Origin: a virus
Lineage: Duplodnaviria > Caudoviricetes
Direction: 5' to 3' (one strand)
Length of the DNA: 63,261 nucleotides
Virus record (IMG/VR): IMGVR_UViG_3300033067_002102
Coordinates: 1-63,261 of that record
The notes beneath the pieces were generated by a model that did no database searches, was not told where the DNA came from, and saw nothing but the letters and a program-made list of their open reading frames with translations. Positions within the stretch are counted from its first letter, which is position 1. Every line of letters starts with the position of its first letter. The translations under genes and the position numbers were made by a program. Positions 15,918 to 23,840 of this stretch are shown piece after piece.

Positions 15918-16315
15918 GTGATGTCCCACTCAATGACGCTGATGCGGTGGTCATCATCGCACTTGCGCTCGCGCAACGCCTCCATGCACTCGTCCGCGGC
16001 CTTCTGCGCCGCGATGCGGGAGTAGAAGATGCCGCGGATGGTGCCGGCCGGGTTCGTCTCCTCTTCGTAAACGTAGACCTCGTGCACGATATAGATTTTG
16101 CCGGAGAGGAATTGCCGCACGCGGTCAGCGAGCTTGCTGGCCACGGCGCGCTCCACGCCGCCTACGTCCCCGCCCGTGACCACCTCACGGAGCGCCAGCT
16201 CTTGCCGCGCCGTGACCTCGAAGGTGCGCGTGAGGTTACCGTCCGGCTGGACCTTGCCGCCCACCTCCCAGACGTGCGTGCGTTGAATGGTGTTATGCAG
16301 GAAGTGCGTGGTCAT
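15914..16315 (-). CDS. Hypothetical protein with C-terminal DUF7336-like domain
   Basis: KIYIVH...IRGIFYSRIAA; ATGA overlap with polymerase stop. Confidence 0.65.
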   Translation of the reverse strand: MTTHFLHNTIQRTHVWEVGGKVQPDGNLTRTFEVTARQELALREVVTGGDVGGVERAVASKLADRVRQFLSGKIYIVHEVYVYEEETNPAGTIRGIFYSRIAAQKAADECMEALRERKCDDDHRISVIEWDIT

Positions 16316-18366
16316 GCCGCTTTCTCCTTTGGCACCCACGGAACGAGGACGCCGTTTTGATAGACTGGGTCAGCTCCTTTGTACCAGCGCTCCATGAGCG
16401 CGGGCTCTGCCTTGCTCTTCACATCGGGCGCGTAGCGGCGCCCGGCCTCCAACATCACCGCGGCCAGCTCGTGGGCCGCATCGTGCGCGCGGTGCTTCGG
16501 CACCTCGGCGATGATTTCGTCATGCACGAACGCTACGACGCGTGAGCCTTCGAGCGCGCTCGGCTTGCTATCATCCGCCCAGCCCAAGGTGCGCTCGCCT
16601 GTGTAGCAGCGCATCACCGCTTCGTAGGTGGCGCACTTGCTCATGTCCGCGGCCAAGCCCTGAAAGAAGCCGTTAGCCGTGTCGGAGAAGCCCATGCCGC
16701 CGCGCACGCGCCGCGAGATGAATTGCCGCACCCATCCCTCTTGACTGACCGAATCAACCCAACGGAAGTAGGCGCGAGCTTCGGGCCACATCGCGAACCA
16801 TTGTGCGCGCACCTCTTCGGCTTCCGCGAGCGTGTAGAATTCTGGCGGGTCTTGCGAGCGCATGTGCCCGACGAAGCGCGGCGCACCCATGCCTCCGGGG
16901 AAACCGAAGTTCGGGCCCTTGGCCTTTTGGCGCTTGTCGGACACGAGCGCGTCACCGGCCTTGCGGCGGCGCTTGCCCTCCTCATAATCGATTTTGAGCA
17001 TTTGCTCGCACGCGAAGAGGAGGTGGGGGTCAAGGTCTTCATTCAGTGCATTCGCTAGCGCATTTGGTCCGACGCTCCACAGCATCACTTGCGCGAACGT
17101 CACAAGCTCTTGGGCGCCATAGTCCACGCTCACGAGGTGATAGCCCTCGCGCGCCACGTAACACTCGCGAACCTTCCCCTTGCGCGGGAGGTTTTGAATG
17201 TTCGGGTCATAGCTCGTAGAGCGCCCGGTGCCGGCGAGGTCGTAGCGTGCGTGTACCACGCCGCCCTTGAGCACGGGCACGTAGCTCGTGAGCATCTTTT
17301 CCGAGTGCTTGTAGTCCTTCCATGGCTTCAAGCGCTCATCGTCGCAGCCCTCCACCGTCTCCGAGTCCGTGGCCACTTGGCCCTCGGGGAACTTCGAGGA
17401 CGGGTCCGTGCGCGGGACCGGGAGCCCTTGCGCTTCGTAGGCCGCGGTCACGAGCGCTTGGAGCACCTTCGTGTTTGTTTTCCACTTCTCGCCCGTCTCG
17501 CCTGCGTCGCGTTCCTCTTTCGTGAGCTTGCGAAGCTCGATGAGCGGGAGCGTTTGAATGGTCGTCTCTTTGAGCTTCTCCCCCTTGCGCGTGTAGGAGC
17601 GCGTGACCGGCACATCCATCGTGAGCTTTGAGAGCCCTACTTGCTGCTCCTCTAAAGTCGCTTGCAACTCTATTTCATACTCACACGCCGCGGCGGGGTC
17701 CGTCGCGAAACCCCACGCGCTGATGAGGTGGAGCGCCCAGTAGGCTTTGCATTGCTCGGAGAGGTTCGCGAGCGGGCCGCGCTTGTCCTTGAGCGCTCGC
17801 GCCCATTGGCACTCCGCCACGCCGCCCGTGCTGCGCGCATCGAGGAGCGCATAGTCCTTGTACTCGGGCGGCCATTCGGCGAGTGGGACGCCGCGGAGCC
17901 ACGCGTAATTCTCGCGCGGGCCGCCGTCCTTGTTCAGCTCCCAGCCAAGATACTTCTTGGTCATGCGCTTGAGGCCGTACCAGCCCGCGCCCTTCGGCGG
18001 CCGGCGTCCATCGGGCATGCGGTTGAGGCACCCGTCCGCCGTGTCCATGAGCTGCTCTGAGAGCTTGCAGTCCCAGACGCGCATGCGGTCGTAGAGCTGG
18101 CGGATTTTCTTGAAGAGGTGCATGGAGCCGGACTCACGCACCATCACCGCAAAGTCGTAGGGACCGTTTTGCGTGGCGATGATGAGCGGGTCTTCGTCGG
18201 GCGAGGCGAGCGCTTCGTCAATGAGCGCCTCCAGCACCGCCACGGCTTGGTCAATGCCGTAAAGCGAGGTTTCGCCGTCGCGGTGTAGGCTCAAGCAGAC
18301 GAGCCGCGGCACCATGTTCGCGGACGCAAAGGGCTCCGTTTCCGTGTCGAAGGCGGCGAACCTCAT
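16312..18366 (-). CDS. polA: Family A DNA polymerase with 3'-5' exonuclease
   Basis: FDTET (ExoI), YALLDA (ExoIII), TGRST..PNIQNLP, DYGAQE (A), RQKAKGPNFG (B), VHDE (C). Confidence 0.96.
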   Translation of the reverse strand: MRFAAFDTETEPFASANMVPRLVCLSLHRDGETSLYGIDQAVAVLEALIDEALASPDEDPLIIATQNGPYDFAVMVRESGSMHLFKKIRQLYDRMRVWDCKLSEQLMDTADGCLNRMPDGRRPPKGAGWYGLKRMTKKYLGWELNKDGGPRENYAWLRGVPLAEWPPEYKDYALLDARSTGGVAECQWARALKDKRGPLANLSEQCKAYWALHLISAWGFATDPAAACEYEIELQATLEEQQVGLSKLTMDVPVTRSYTRKGEKLKETTIQTLPLIELRKLTKEERDAGETGEKWKTNTKVLQALVTAAYEAQGLPVPRTDPSSKFPEGQVATDSETVEGCDDERLKPWKDYKHSEKMLTSYVPVLKGGVVHARYDLAGTGRSTSYDPNIQNLPRKGKVRECYVAREGYHLVSVDYGAQELVTFAQVMLWSVGPNALANALNEDLDPHLLFACEQMLKIDYEEGKRRRKAGDALVSDKRQKAKGPNFGFPGGMGAPRFVGHMRSQDPPEFYTLAEAEEVRAQWFAMWPEARAYFRWVDSVSQEGWVRQFISRRVRGGMGFSDTANGFFQGLAADMSKCATYEAVMRCYTGERTLGWADDSKPSALEGSRVVAFVHDEIIAEVPKHRAHDAAHELAAVMLEAGRRYAPDVKSKAEPALMERWYKGADPVYQNGVLVPWVPKEKAA

Positions 18367-18701
18367 CGTGCGCTCCTCGCCTTCCACAAGAGGTCATGAA
18401 GCTCGCGGATGAAGCCTTGCAAGTAGGTGATGCGCTGGCGGAGTTGCTCGTTCTCCTTGCGCGTCGCGTTCTCCTCTTCGAGCGAAGCGAAGAGGCGCAC
18501 CTCAAGGTTCGTCGTCATCACGAGCTTGGCGCGCTCGATGGCGAGGTCCAGCTCCGCGCGTAGCTCGGTCGCGAGCTTCTCCGCTTCGGAGTCCTTGAGC
18601 CGGAGCGTGAAGGTCACGGGCTCCAGCTCGCGCTTGCCGGGCTTGATGTCCATGAACACGCGCGGCCCTACGCCGCTGGTTTTTTTCCGCTTGCGCTTCA
18701 T
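18363..18701 (-). CDS. Hypothetical coiled-coil protein
   Basis: ATGA overlaps. Confidence 0.65.
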   Translation of the reverse strand: MKRKRKKTSGVGPRVFMDIKPGKRELEPVTFTLRLKDSEAEKLATELRAELDLAIERAKLVMTTNLEVRLFASLEEENATRKENEQLRQRITYLQGFIRELHDLLWKARSAR

Positions 18702-19147
18702 GAGAGCACCTCGTGGAGCTTGATGGAAAAGGTGGTGAAACGACCTGTAGAACATTTGAGCAACGCGCGGTGCGCGCTCTCCTCGCTCTTGTAGAGCCCG
18801 AGCAAAGTGTCATGGCCGCTGCAATCGGGCTGCTCTTCATGGCGCCACACGGCGAAGACGTGCGGGCGCTTCATCATGTCCGCCTTCTCTGCCCGAGCGG
18901 CGTGCTCGCGCGCCTCGGCGGCGCTCACCTTCTTGCCGGTCTCCAGCTCGATGCGAACGCGCGCCGCGAGGCCGCCCGGCCGCTTGCGCGTCGGTAGCTC
19001 CATCGCCTCTTCTTCGTCTTGTTCTGCGTCCGCGTCGTAGCAGCCTTCGTGCACGTAGGCGCTGTGGACATTCGAGCGGCGTATCTCATCGCCCGCATAA
19101 ATACGGTCTTCGCACGCTGGACACGTGCTGCCAAAACTCGCTTGCAT
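18698..19147 (-). CDS. Zinc-finger (CPAC...HEGC) plus DUF7336-like domain protein
   Basis: Start re-called at MQASFGSTC with GAAGGGA RBS. Confidence 0.7.
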   Translation of the reverse strand: MQASFGSTCPACEDRIYAGDEIRRSNVHSAYVHEGCYDADAEQDEEEAMELPTRKRPGGLAARVRIELETGKKVSAAEAREHAARAEKADMMKRPHVFAVWRHEEQPDCSGHDTLLGLYKSEESAHRALLKCSTGRFTTFSIKLHEVLS

Positions 19148-19164
19148 GTTTATCCCTTCTCTTT

Positions 19165-19300
19165 CTTGTCGGCTTAGCCAGGGCCGCAAGAACCGCCGAA
19201 CGGGGGGGGGGTCATTCGGAGGTTCTTGTAGCCGGCCAAGTCCTGACCACCACCGCTTGAAGCGGGCAGCATAGGCGGTGGTGGTCAGGATGGCAGGGTC
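19165..19300 (-). ncRNA. Structured intergenic region: hairpin with C10 loop plus a 16-bp perfect hairpin
   Basis: Stems 19187-19200/19215-19228 and 19241-19256/19275-19290. Confidence 0.5.
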
Positions 19301-19316
19301 ACGGAGAAGGGATTTC

Positions 19317-19805
19317 TTACGCGACCTGACTGTTAGTACCACCTTCCGTCACCGCAGTGAAGTCCACAGCGGTGAAATCGGAGCCTTTGTTCGTGGTGAC
19401 GTTCGTGGCGATGGCCTTGAGGCGCTTGCCGGCCGCCGCTTGCTTCTTCTCGTCCGTGACGAGCGCGAGCAAGTCCCCGTCAATATCCGCGGGGTCGTCC
19501 GTGCCGAAGGCCGGCATGAGCACCTTTTTGATGTTCTTGAAGTAGAACGGATTCGGCGAACCGTCCTTGAGCTTCTTCTTGATGACGTGGTCAATCACGG
19601 TGCCGGCCGGGCGCGTGGCCACTTGGCTCTTGATGACCTCGAAGGCGAAGATGACCGTGTCCACGCCCTTGAACGTCTCCTCCGCCGAGCGGAATTTGAC
19701 ATGCTTGATGACCAGCTCGTCATAGGTGCCGGGGATGAAGTAAATCCCCGAGCCGGAGCCGTCCATCTTTTCGTTCTCGATGCCTTCAAACGGGTTCTTT
19801 GCCAT
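19317..19805 (-). CDS. Probable single-stranded DNA-binding (OB-fold) protein
   Basis: PGTY motif, beta-rich, located between helicase and polymerase. Confidence 0.55.
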   Translation of the reverse strand: MAKNPFEGIENEKMDGSGSGIYFIPGTYDELVIKHVKFRSAEETFKGVDTVIFAFEVIKSQVATRPAGTVIDHVIKKKLKDGSPNPFYFKNIKKVLMPAFGTDDPADIDGDLLALVTDEKKQAAAGKRLKAIATNVTTNKGSDFTAVDFTAVTEGGTNSQVA

Positions 19806-19881
19806 ATCGTTCCTCTTTCTCTTTTTGTTCGCCTAGCTCTACGTCCCGGCACCATGCCGAAGCGTTGATGCGATAGCGTGT

Positions 19882-21723
19882 TTAACCCAAAGTCCAGCCC
19901 CGTGCAACACACGAGAGCAACTTTTGTGGTGCCTTGAAAGTCTCCGTGCTGTAGCGCGCGCGCTTGACCGCCTCGGCCATGGACCGAAAGCTCACGTCCG
20001 TGTGCGCCAAGAAATCGCACCACACCGTCTCCGCGAGCTGCTTAGCGCGGTGCGTGCGCCCTAGGAGTTGCTGCCAGGTTTTGCCGTTCGGCATCGGCGT
20101 GAGCACGAGGTTATTGTGCCACGCTTGGAGGTTCTTGCCTTGGTAGTGCGAGCGCGTGGAGAGCACGAGCGAACGCCGCCCGGCCTCCTTGCTCTTCGCG
20201 TAGGCTATCAGCTCCTCCGACGTGCCGCCCTCGTAGACGCTCGCGCCAGCGCGCGCGAACCACGAGAGCACGGCGTCATGCTCGCACCACACGAGCCCGG
20301 GGTGCTCGCTACGCTCGGCGTCCTCCATCCACTCCATCGCCCACACGAGCGCGAAGTCCGAGAGCCACACGGGCTTCGTCTCGGGCTCGGGCTTGACCCG
20401 TTGCTCGTCCCATTGCTGGAGCGTCGCGAGCGCCATGTCTTGGATGCTCTTTGGCAGCGAGCCCGCGCGCGTCGCGTTGCGCACGCGCAGCTCGCTATCT
20501 AGCTGGGCGTTGCCGCGCCGGCAAATGTCGCGCACGAGCTGACTCCACGCCGAGCGCGCGCGGAGCCACTCTTGGTCCGGTCGGCCGTCCTTCGTGACCT
20601 TGCTCCAGTCCCATACGTAGTAGAAGCCCAAGGACAGCTCGCGCATGCGCTGCGCCCATCGCGCGCCATCGGGCACGGGCTCCATGTCCGGCGTGACCCA
20701 CGCATCGTCCAAAAGCGCTAGCGCATCTAGTACGTTCTTCGGCGTCTCAAGGTCGCGCCGCGCCGTCACGATGAGCGGCGTCTTGATGCTTTCGACTTGC
20801 GCGAGCATGAAGCCCGAGGTCTCGGACATGCGACGCTGTAGCCCCTCGCGCGCGCTTTCGCCGTCCTCGCACAGCTCCAGCAACGCGCCGGGCGGCATGC
20901 GCTCCAGGGGGTCCACGCCCGCATCCACCGCGTTCGCCCAGTCTTCAAGCTCGACCCACTTGGTAGGGAGCGGGGCATCATGCGGGTGCGTCCAAAGCAG
21001 GATGTGCCAGAAGTCCCGGAGGCTCTTGTCTGAGAGCGTGCCGGTCATCGCGATGACCTTCGTCTCAGGGTGTTCCTTCATCCACACCTTCACGCGCTTG
21101 CTGCGCGCGCTGGTGAGGTTTTTGAGGTTGTGGGCCTCGTCCACGATGAGCACGTCCGGGCGCAGCTCATTGAGGATGTCCGCTTTCTTCGCCGTCTGTA
21201 GCTCGCTGTACGCCACGAGCTTTAGATTTGGGTGAATGCGGTAGTGCTTAGAGAGCGTCGGGATGACGGTGCCGGTCATCTCCGCCTTGACGCTCGGGGG
21301 TAACAACATCACGGGGCGCTCGCATTGGATTTGCGGCCAAAGCTCCCGCGGCTTTTGGTCGGTCACAAACAGCGGCGCTGCCCAGCTCTTGCCGGCGCCT
21401 ACGTCCAGCGAGATGAGCAAGCCTTCGTGCTCGGCGGCATCCACGAGCATCGCCGCTTGAAGCGGGCGGAGGGGGAGCGGGCTCGGGCCATGTCCACCGT
21501 TCGCTCCGTAGAGCAAATCAGACACGACCGTGGCCAGCTCCTCCCCCGCCGCTTCATCCTCCAAGACCTCCATGGCCCTACGCGGCAGATTCTTCACACG
21601 GAGGAATTCCGCACTACGGATGACCCCACGCTCCCGAAGGGAGCGGGAGAGGCCCGAATTCCTTGACATGTTATCAAGGAACCCTTTCTCCGCTAGAATC
21701 TGCGCTACGAGCTTGGAGGCCAT
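19882..21723 (-). CDS. Superfamily 2 (SNF2-like/DEAH) helicase
   Basis: VGAGKS, VDEAH, MTGT, GKNLQ, QLLGRTHR. Confidence 0.92.
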   Translation of the reverse strand: MASKLVAQILAEKGFLDNMSRNSGLSRSLRERGVIRSAEFLRVKNLPRRAMEVLEDEAAGEELATVVSDLLYGANGGHGPSPLPLRPLQAAMLVDAAEHEGLLISLDVGAGKSWAAPLFVTDQKPRELWPQIQCERPVMLLPPSVKAEMTGTVIPTLSKHYRIHPNLKLVAYSELQTAKKADILNELRPDVLIVDEAHNLKNLTSARSKRVKVWMKEHPETKVIAMTGTLSDKSLRDFWHILLWTHPHDAPLPTKWVELEDWANAVDAGVDPLERMPPGALLELCEDGESAREGLQRRMSETSGFMLAQVESIKTPLIVTARRDLETPKNVLDALALLDDAWVTPDMEPVPDGARWAQRMRELSLGFYYVWDWSKVTKDGRPDQEWLRARSAWSQLVRDICRRGNAQLDSELRVRNATRAGSLPKSIQDMALATLQQWDEQRVKPEPETKPVWLSDFALVWAMEWMEDAERSEHPGLVWCEHDAVLSWFARAGASVYEGGTSEELIAYAKSKEAGRRSLVLSTRSHYQGKNLQAWHNNLVLTPMPNGKTWQQLLGRTHRAKQLAETVWCDFLAHTDVSFRSMAEAVKRARYSTETFKAPQKLLSCVARGWTLG

Positions 21724-21726
21724 GGC

Positions 21727-21999
21727 TTACAGCTCCGGCAGCTCTTCGACGGCCGGGGCGGCTTTCGTTGCCGCGGGCTTCGGCGCCTTCTTGCCGGGGC
21801 CCTTCTTCGCCGGGGCCGGCGCGGGGGCTGGTGCCTCGGGCTCTTCGCCCTTCATCTCGGCATAGGCCGCCTTGACCGCCGCGAGGGCGGCGAGCACTTG
21901 CGTGTTGGACGCGGCGAGCGCTTGCTCCGCCTTCTCCAATGCCTTCTCCAAGGTTTGAAGCTGCTTTTCCGAAACCACTGATACGCCTTTGACTGCCAT
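21727..21999 (-). CDS. Coiled-coil plus Pro/Ala/Lys-rich tail protein
   Basis: AAGGAG RBS; low-complexity basic tail. Confidence 0.75.
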   Translation of the reverse strand: MAVKGVSVVSEKQLQTLEKALEKAEQALAASNTQVLAALAAVKAAYAEMKGEEPEAPAPAPAPAKKGPGKKAPKPAATKAAPAVEELPEL

Positions 22000-22056
22000 T
22001 TTTCCTTCTCCTTTTGCTCTATCGTCTACGGTATTATAGACGTGCTAGCTCTTTTA

Positions 22057-22266
22057 TTACTCGTTCGCGGGCTTTGTCAACTTCTCCCACAAAATATCCA
22101 TGCCGCGGTGCTCGGTCATCTCCATCGTGCCAGCGATGAACGACGCGGCGCGGTTGCCGTGCTTCTCCACGAGGTGCTCCGCCGCGGTCCGGTACGTCGT
22201 GAACGTCACGGTCTGCCCCGTCCAGCGCTCGCATTGAGCGCACGACCATTGAAGTGCTTGCGCCAT
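22057..22266 (-). CDS. Small C2H2-like zinc-finger protein
   Basis: CAQC...HLVEKH; TAATG coupling. Confidence 0.6.
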   Translation of the reverse strand: MAQALQWSCAQCERWTGQTVTFTTYRTAAEHLVEKHGNRAASFIAGTMEMTEHRGMDILWEKLTKPANE

Positions 22267-23840
22267 TAGATGCCCGAAGCCTGAATGTAGCTCGAAGCGC
22301 GCGGCGCGAGCACGTTGACCGCCACCTCGGCCGCGAGCCCGGTCATGGGCGCGCGCACGTTCTTGCCGCCGAGCAGGGCCGGGTCTTTGTCCACGGTCTG
22401 CGCGATGAGGTCCATGACGCGCTTTTGGACTTCGCCGAAGCGGAGCGCCTCGTTCCAGTCCTTGCCGTTCTTCTCGAATTGCAGACGCAGCGCTTCGACC
22501 GCGCCGCTCACGAGGTCCGCGACAAGCATCGTCTCACGCTTGGCGCCCTTCACGGGCTCGCAGCCCACGAAGAGGTTGAACCCTGCGCCGCTCGGTGCGG
22601 CGGGCTTTGTGGTGGTCTCCTCTTTGCTCTCACGCATGGCGCGCTCACTCGGGCGCTCGGCCTTCGAGGCCGCCACGGCGTTGAGGATGGTCTCGTTTGT
22701 GACGGTCGCAGCGCCCGCGGCAATGCTCTCCGAGAGCTTGCCCTTTTTGACCTTGACCTCTTCGGGCTTCGCTTCAACCGGCGCTTGTGCCGGGGCGCTC
22801 GGCGCCGCGGTCGCTTCCTTCACGGTCGCAAACGGGCTCGCTTGCGGCGCTGGCGGATTCATCGCCGGGGCGTCTCCCTTGGTCTCGGTCTTCTTCGTTT
22901 CCTTCGCCTCTTTCATCAAGCTGTCTGCCAATTTTCCCACGGTTCTTTCTCCTTCGCCTGTAGCGGCATTGTTTGCGCGTGGACCTCTGTAGTCCACACA
23001 GTAGCTTCGGTGGGGACATCCCCCGAAGGCATCGCAATGGTCTTCGTGCGCCGGCACTTGAGCAAGGCTCGGGCGCTTCGTGTGTTGGATGTGCATCAGC
23101 TCCACGACGGGGAGCAGCTCGTCACGCCATTGCGTGGTGGCTTGCTCCTTCGTGATGAAGGTGGCGACGGGCACGGCCGGGAGGCCGTTCTTTTGGTAGT
23201 AGACCCACTTGAGGTTGACGCCCTTTTGCACGTCAAAACGGCGGATGAGCGCGAGCGCGTAAGCGAGCGCTTGCGGGTCCTTCGAGAGGTACTTGCGCGC
23301 CGGGCCCGTGTCCTCATCGGCAGACAGCGCCCAGCCGTTACGCGCATAGCGCGAGTAGTCACCCGTCGTCTTGTGGTCGTAGAGGTCCACAACGTCCGGT
23401 GGCGGCCCGTCGTCCCAGCGCTCGTCCGTCTTCTCGATGGTCGGACCCACGAAGAGGTCTTGGGTCCCGGTGAACGTCGGGCCGTTCGGCCACGCCACGA
23501 AGGAGAAGGGTGCCTCCACTTGCATGCCCGGTGTGCCCGGGAGTGGAAGGTGCTTGAGGCCCGTCGCGGCCAAGCGTTCCTCGGGCTCTGCGTTTGGACC
23601 TACCCGCGGCACGATGCCGTGCTTAAGGTAGCGTTCCAGATGCGCATGCACTTTTGTTCCAAAGAGAAGCGCCGGGCCCACAGGCGCGTCAATGCCCACC
23701 ACTTGCTCGAAGTAGTGGCGGCGCTGACACGCCATGATGCTCTTGAGCGTCGTGGCGCTGTAGCGCGCGGGCTTGCCGTTCAAGGGCTTCGGCGGGACGT
23801 GTCCAGCATGAAGGTGTTGCGCAATCTCTGCAATTTTCAT
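22266..23840 (-). CDS. PD-(D/E)XK (Cas4/RecB-like) exonuclease with low-complexity C-terminal extension
   Basis: YSAT...C, GTKVH, GTQDL, DHKTT, HCDAFGGCPHRSYC. Confidence 0.88.
   Translation of the reverse strand: MKIAEIAQHLHAGHVPPKPLNGKPARYSATTLKSIMACQRRHYFEQVVGIDAPVGPALLFGTKVHAHLERYLKHGIVPRVGPNAEPEERLAATGLKHLPLPGTPGMQVEAPFSFVAWPNGPTFTGTQDLFVGPTIEKTDERWDDGPPPDVVDLYDHKTTGDYSRYARNGWALSADEDTGPARKYLSKDPQALAYALALIRRFDVQKGVNLKWVYYQKNGLPAVPVATFITKEQATTQWRDELLPVVELMHIQHTKRPSLAQVPAHEDHCDAFGGCPHRSYCVDYRGPRANNAATGEGERTVGKLADSLMKEAKETKKTETKGDAPAMNPPAPQASPFATVKEATAAPSAPAQAPVEAKPEEVKVKKGKLSESIAAGAATVTNETILNAVAASKAERPSERAMRESKEETTTKPAAPSGAGFNLFVGCEPVKGAKRETMLVADLVSGAVEALRLQFEKNGKDWNEALRFGEVQKRVMDLIAQTVDKDPALLGGKNVRAPMTGLAAEVAVNVLAPRASSYIQASGI

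Noticed and set aside
16312-18366. 2-aminoadenine (Z) genome
   Set aside because: No PurZ or DatZ-like HD phosphohydrolase recognised; GATC avoidance would be unnecessary
19202-19211. G10 tract as a phase-variation switch
   Set aside because: Intergenic once the start is re-called to 19147; lies in a hairpin loop, not in a CDS or an evident promoter spacer
22023-22056. AAAAGAGCTAGCAC plus CGTCTA/TAGACG inverted repeat as a fourth early promoter
   Set aside because: Resembles the early -35 context but has no -10 at the matching spacing; too weak to call
22266-23840. Cas4 as part of a CRISPR system
   Set aside because: Stand-alone PD-(D/E)XK nuclease in a replication module, common in phages
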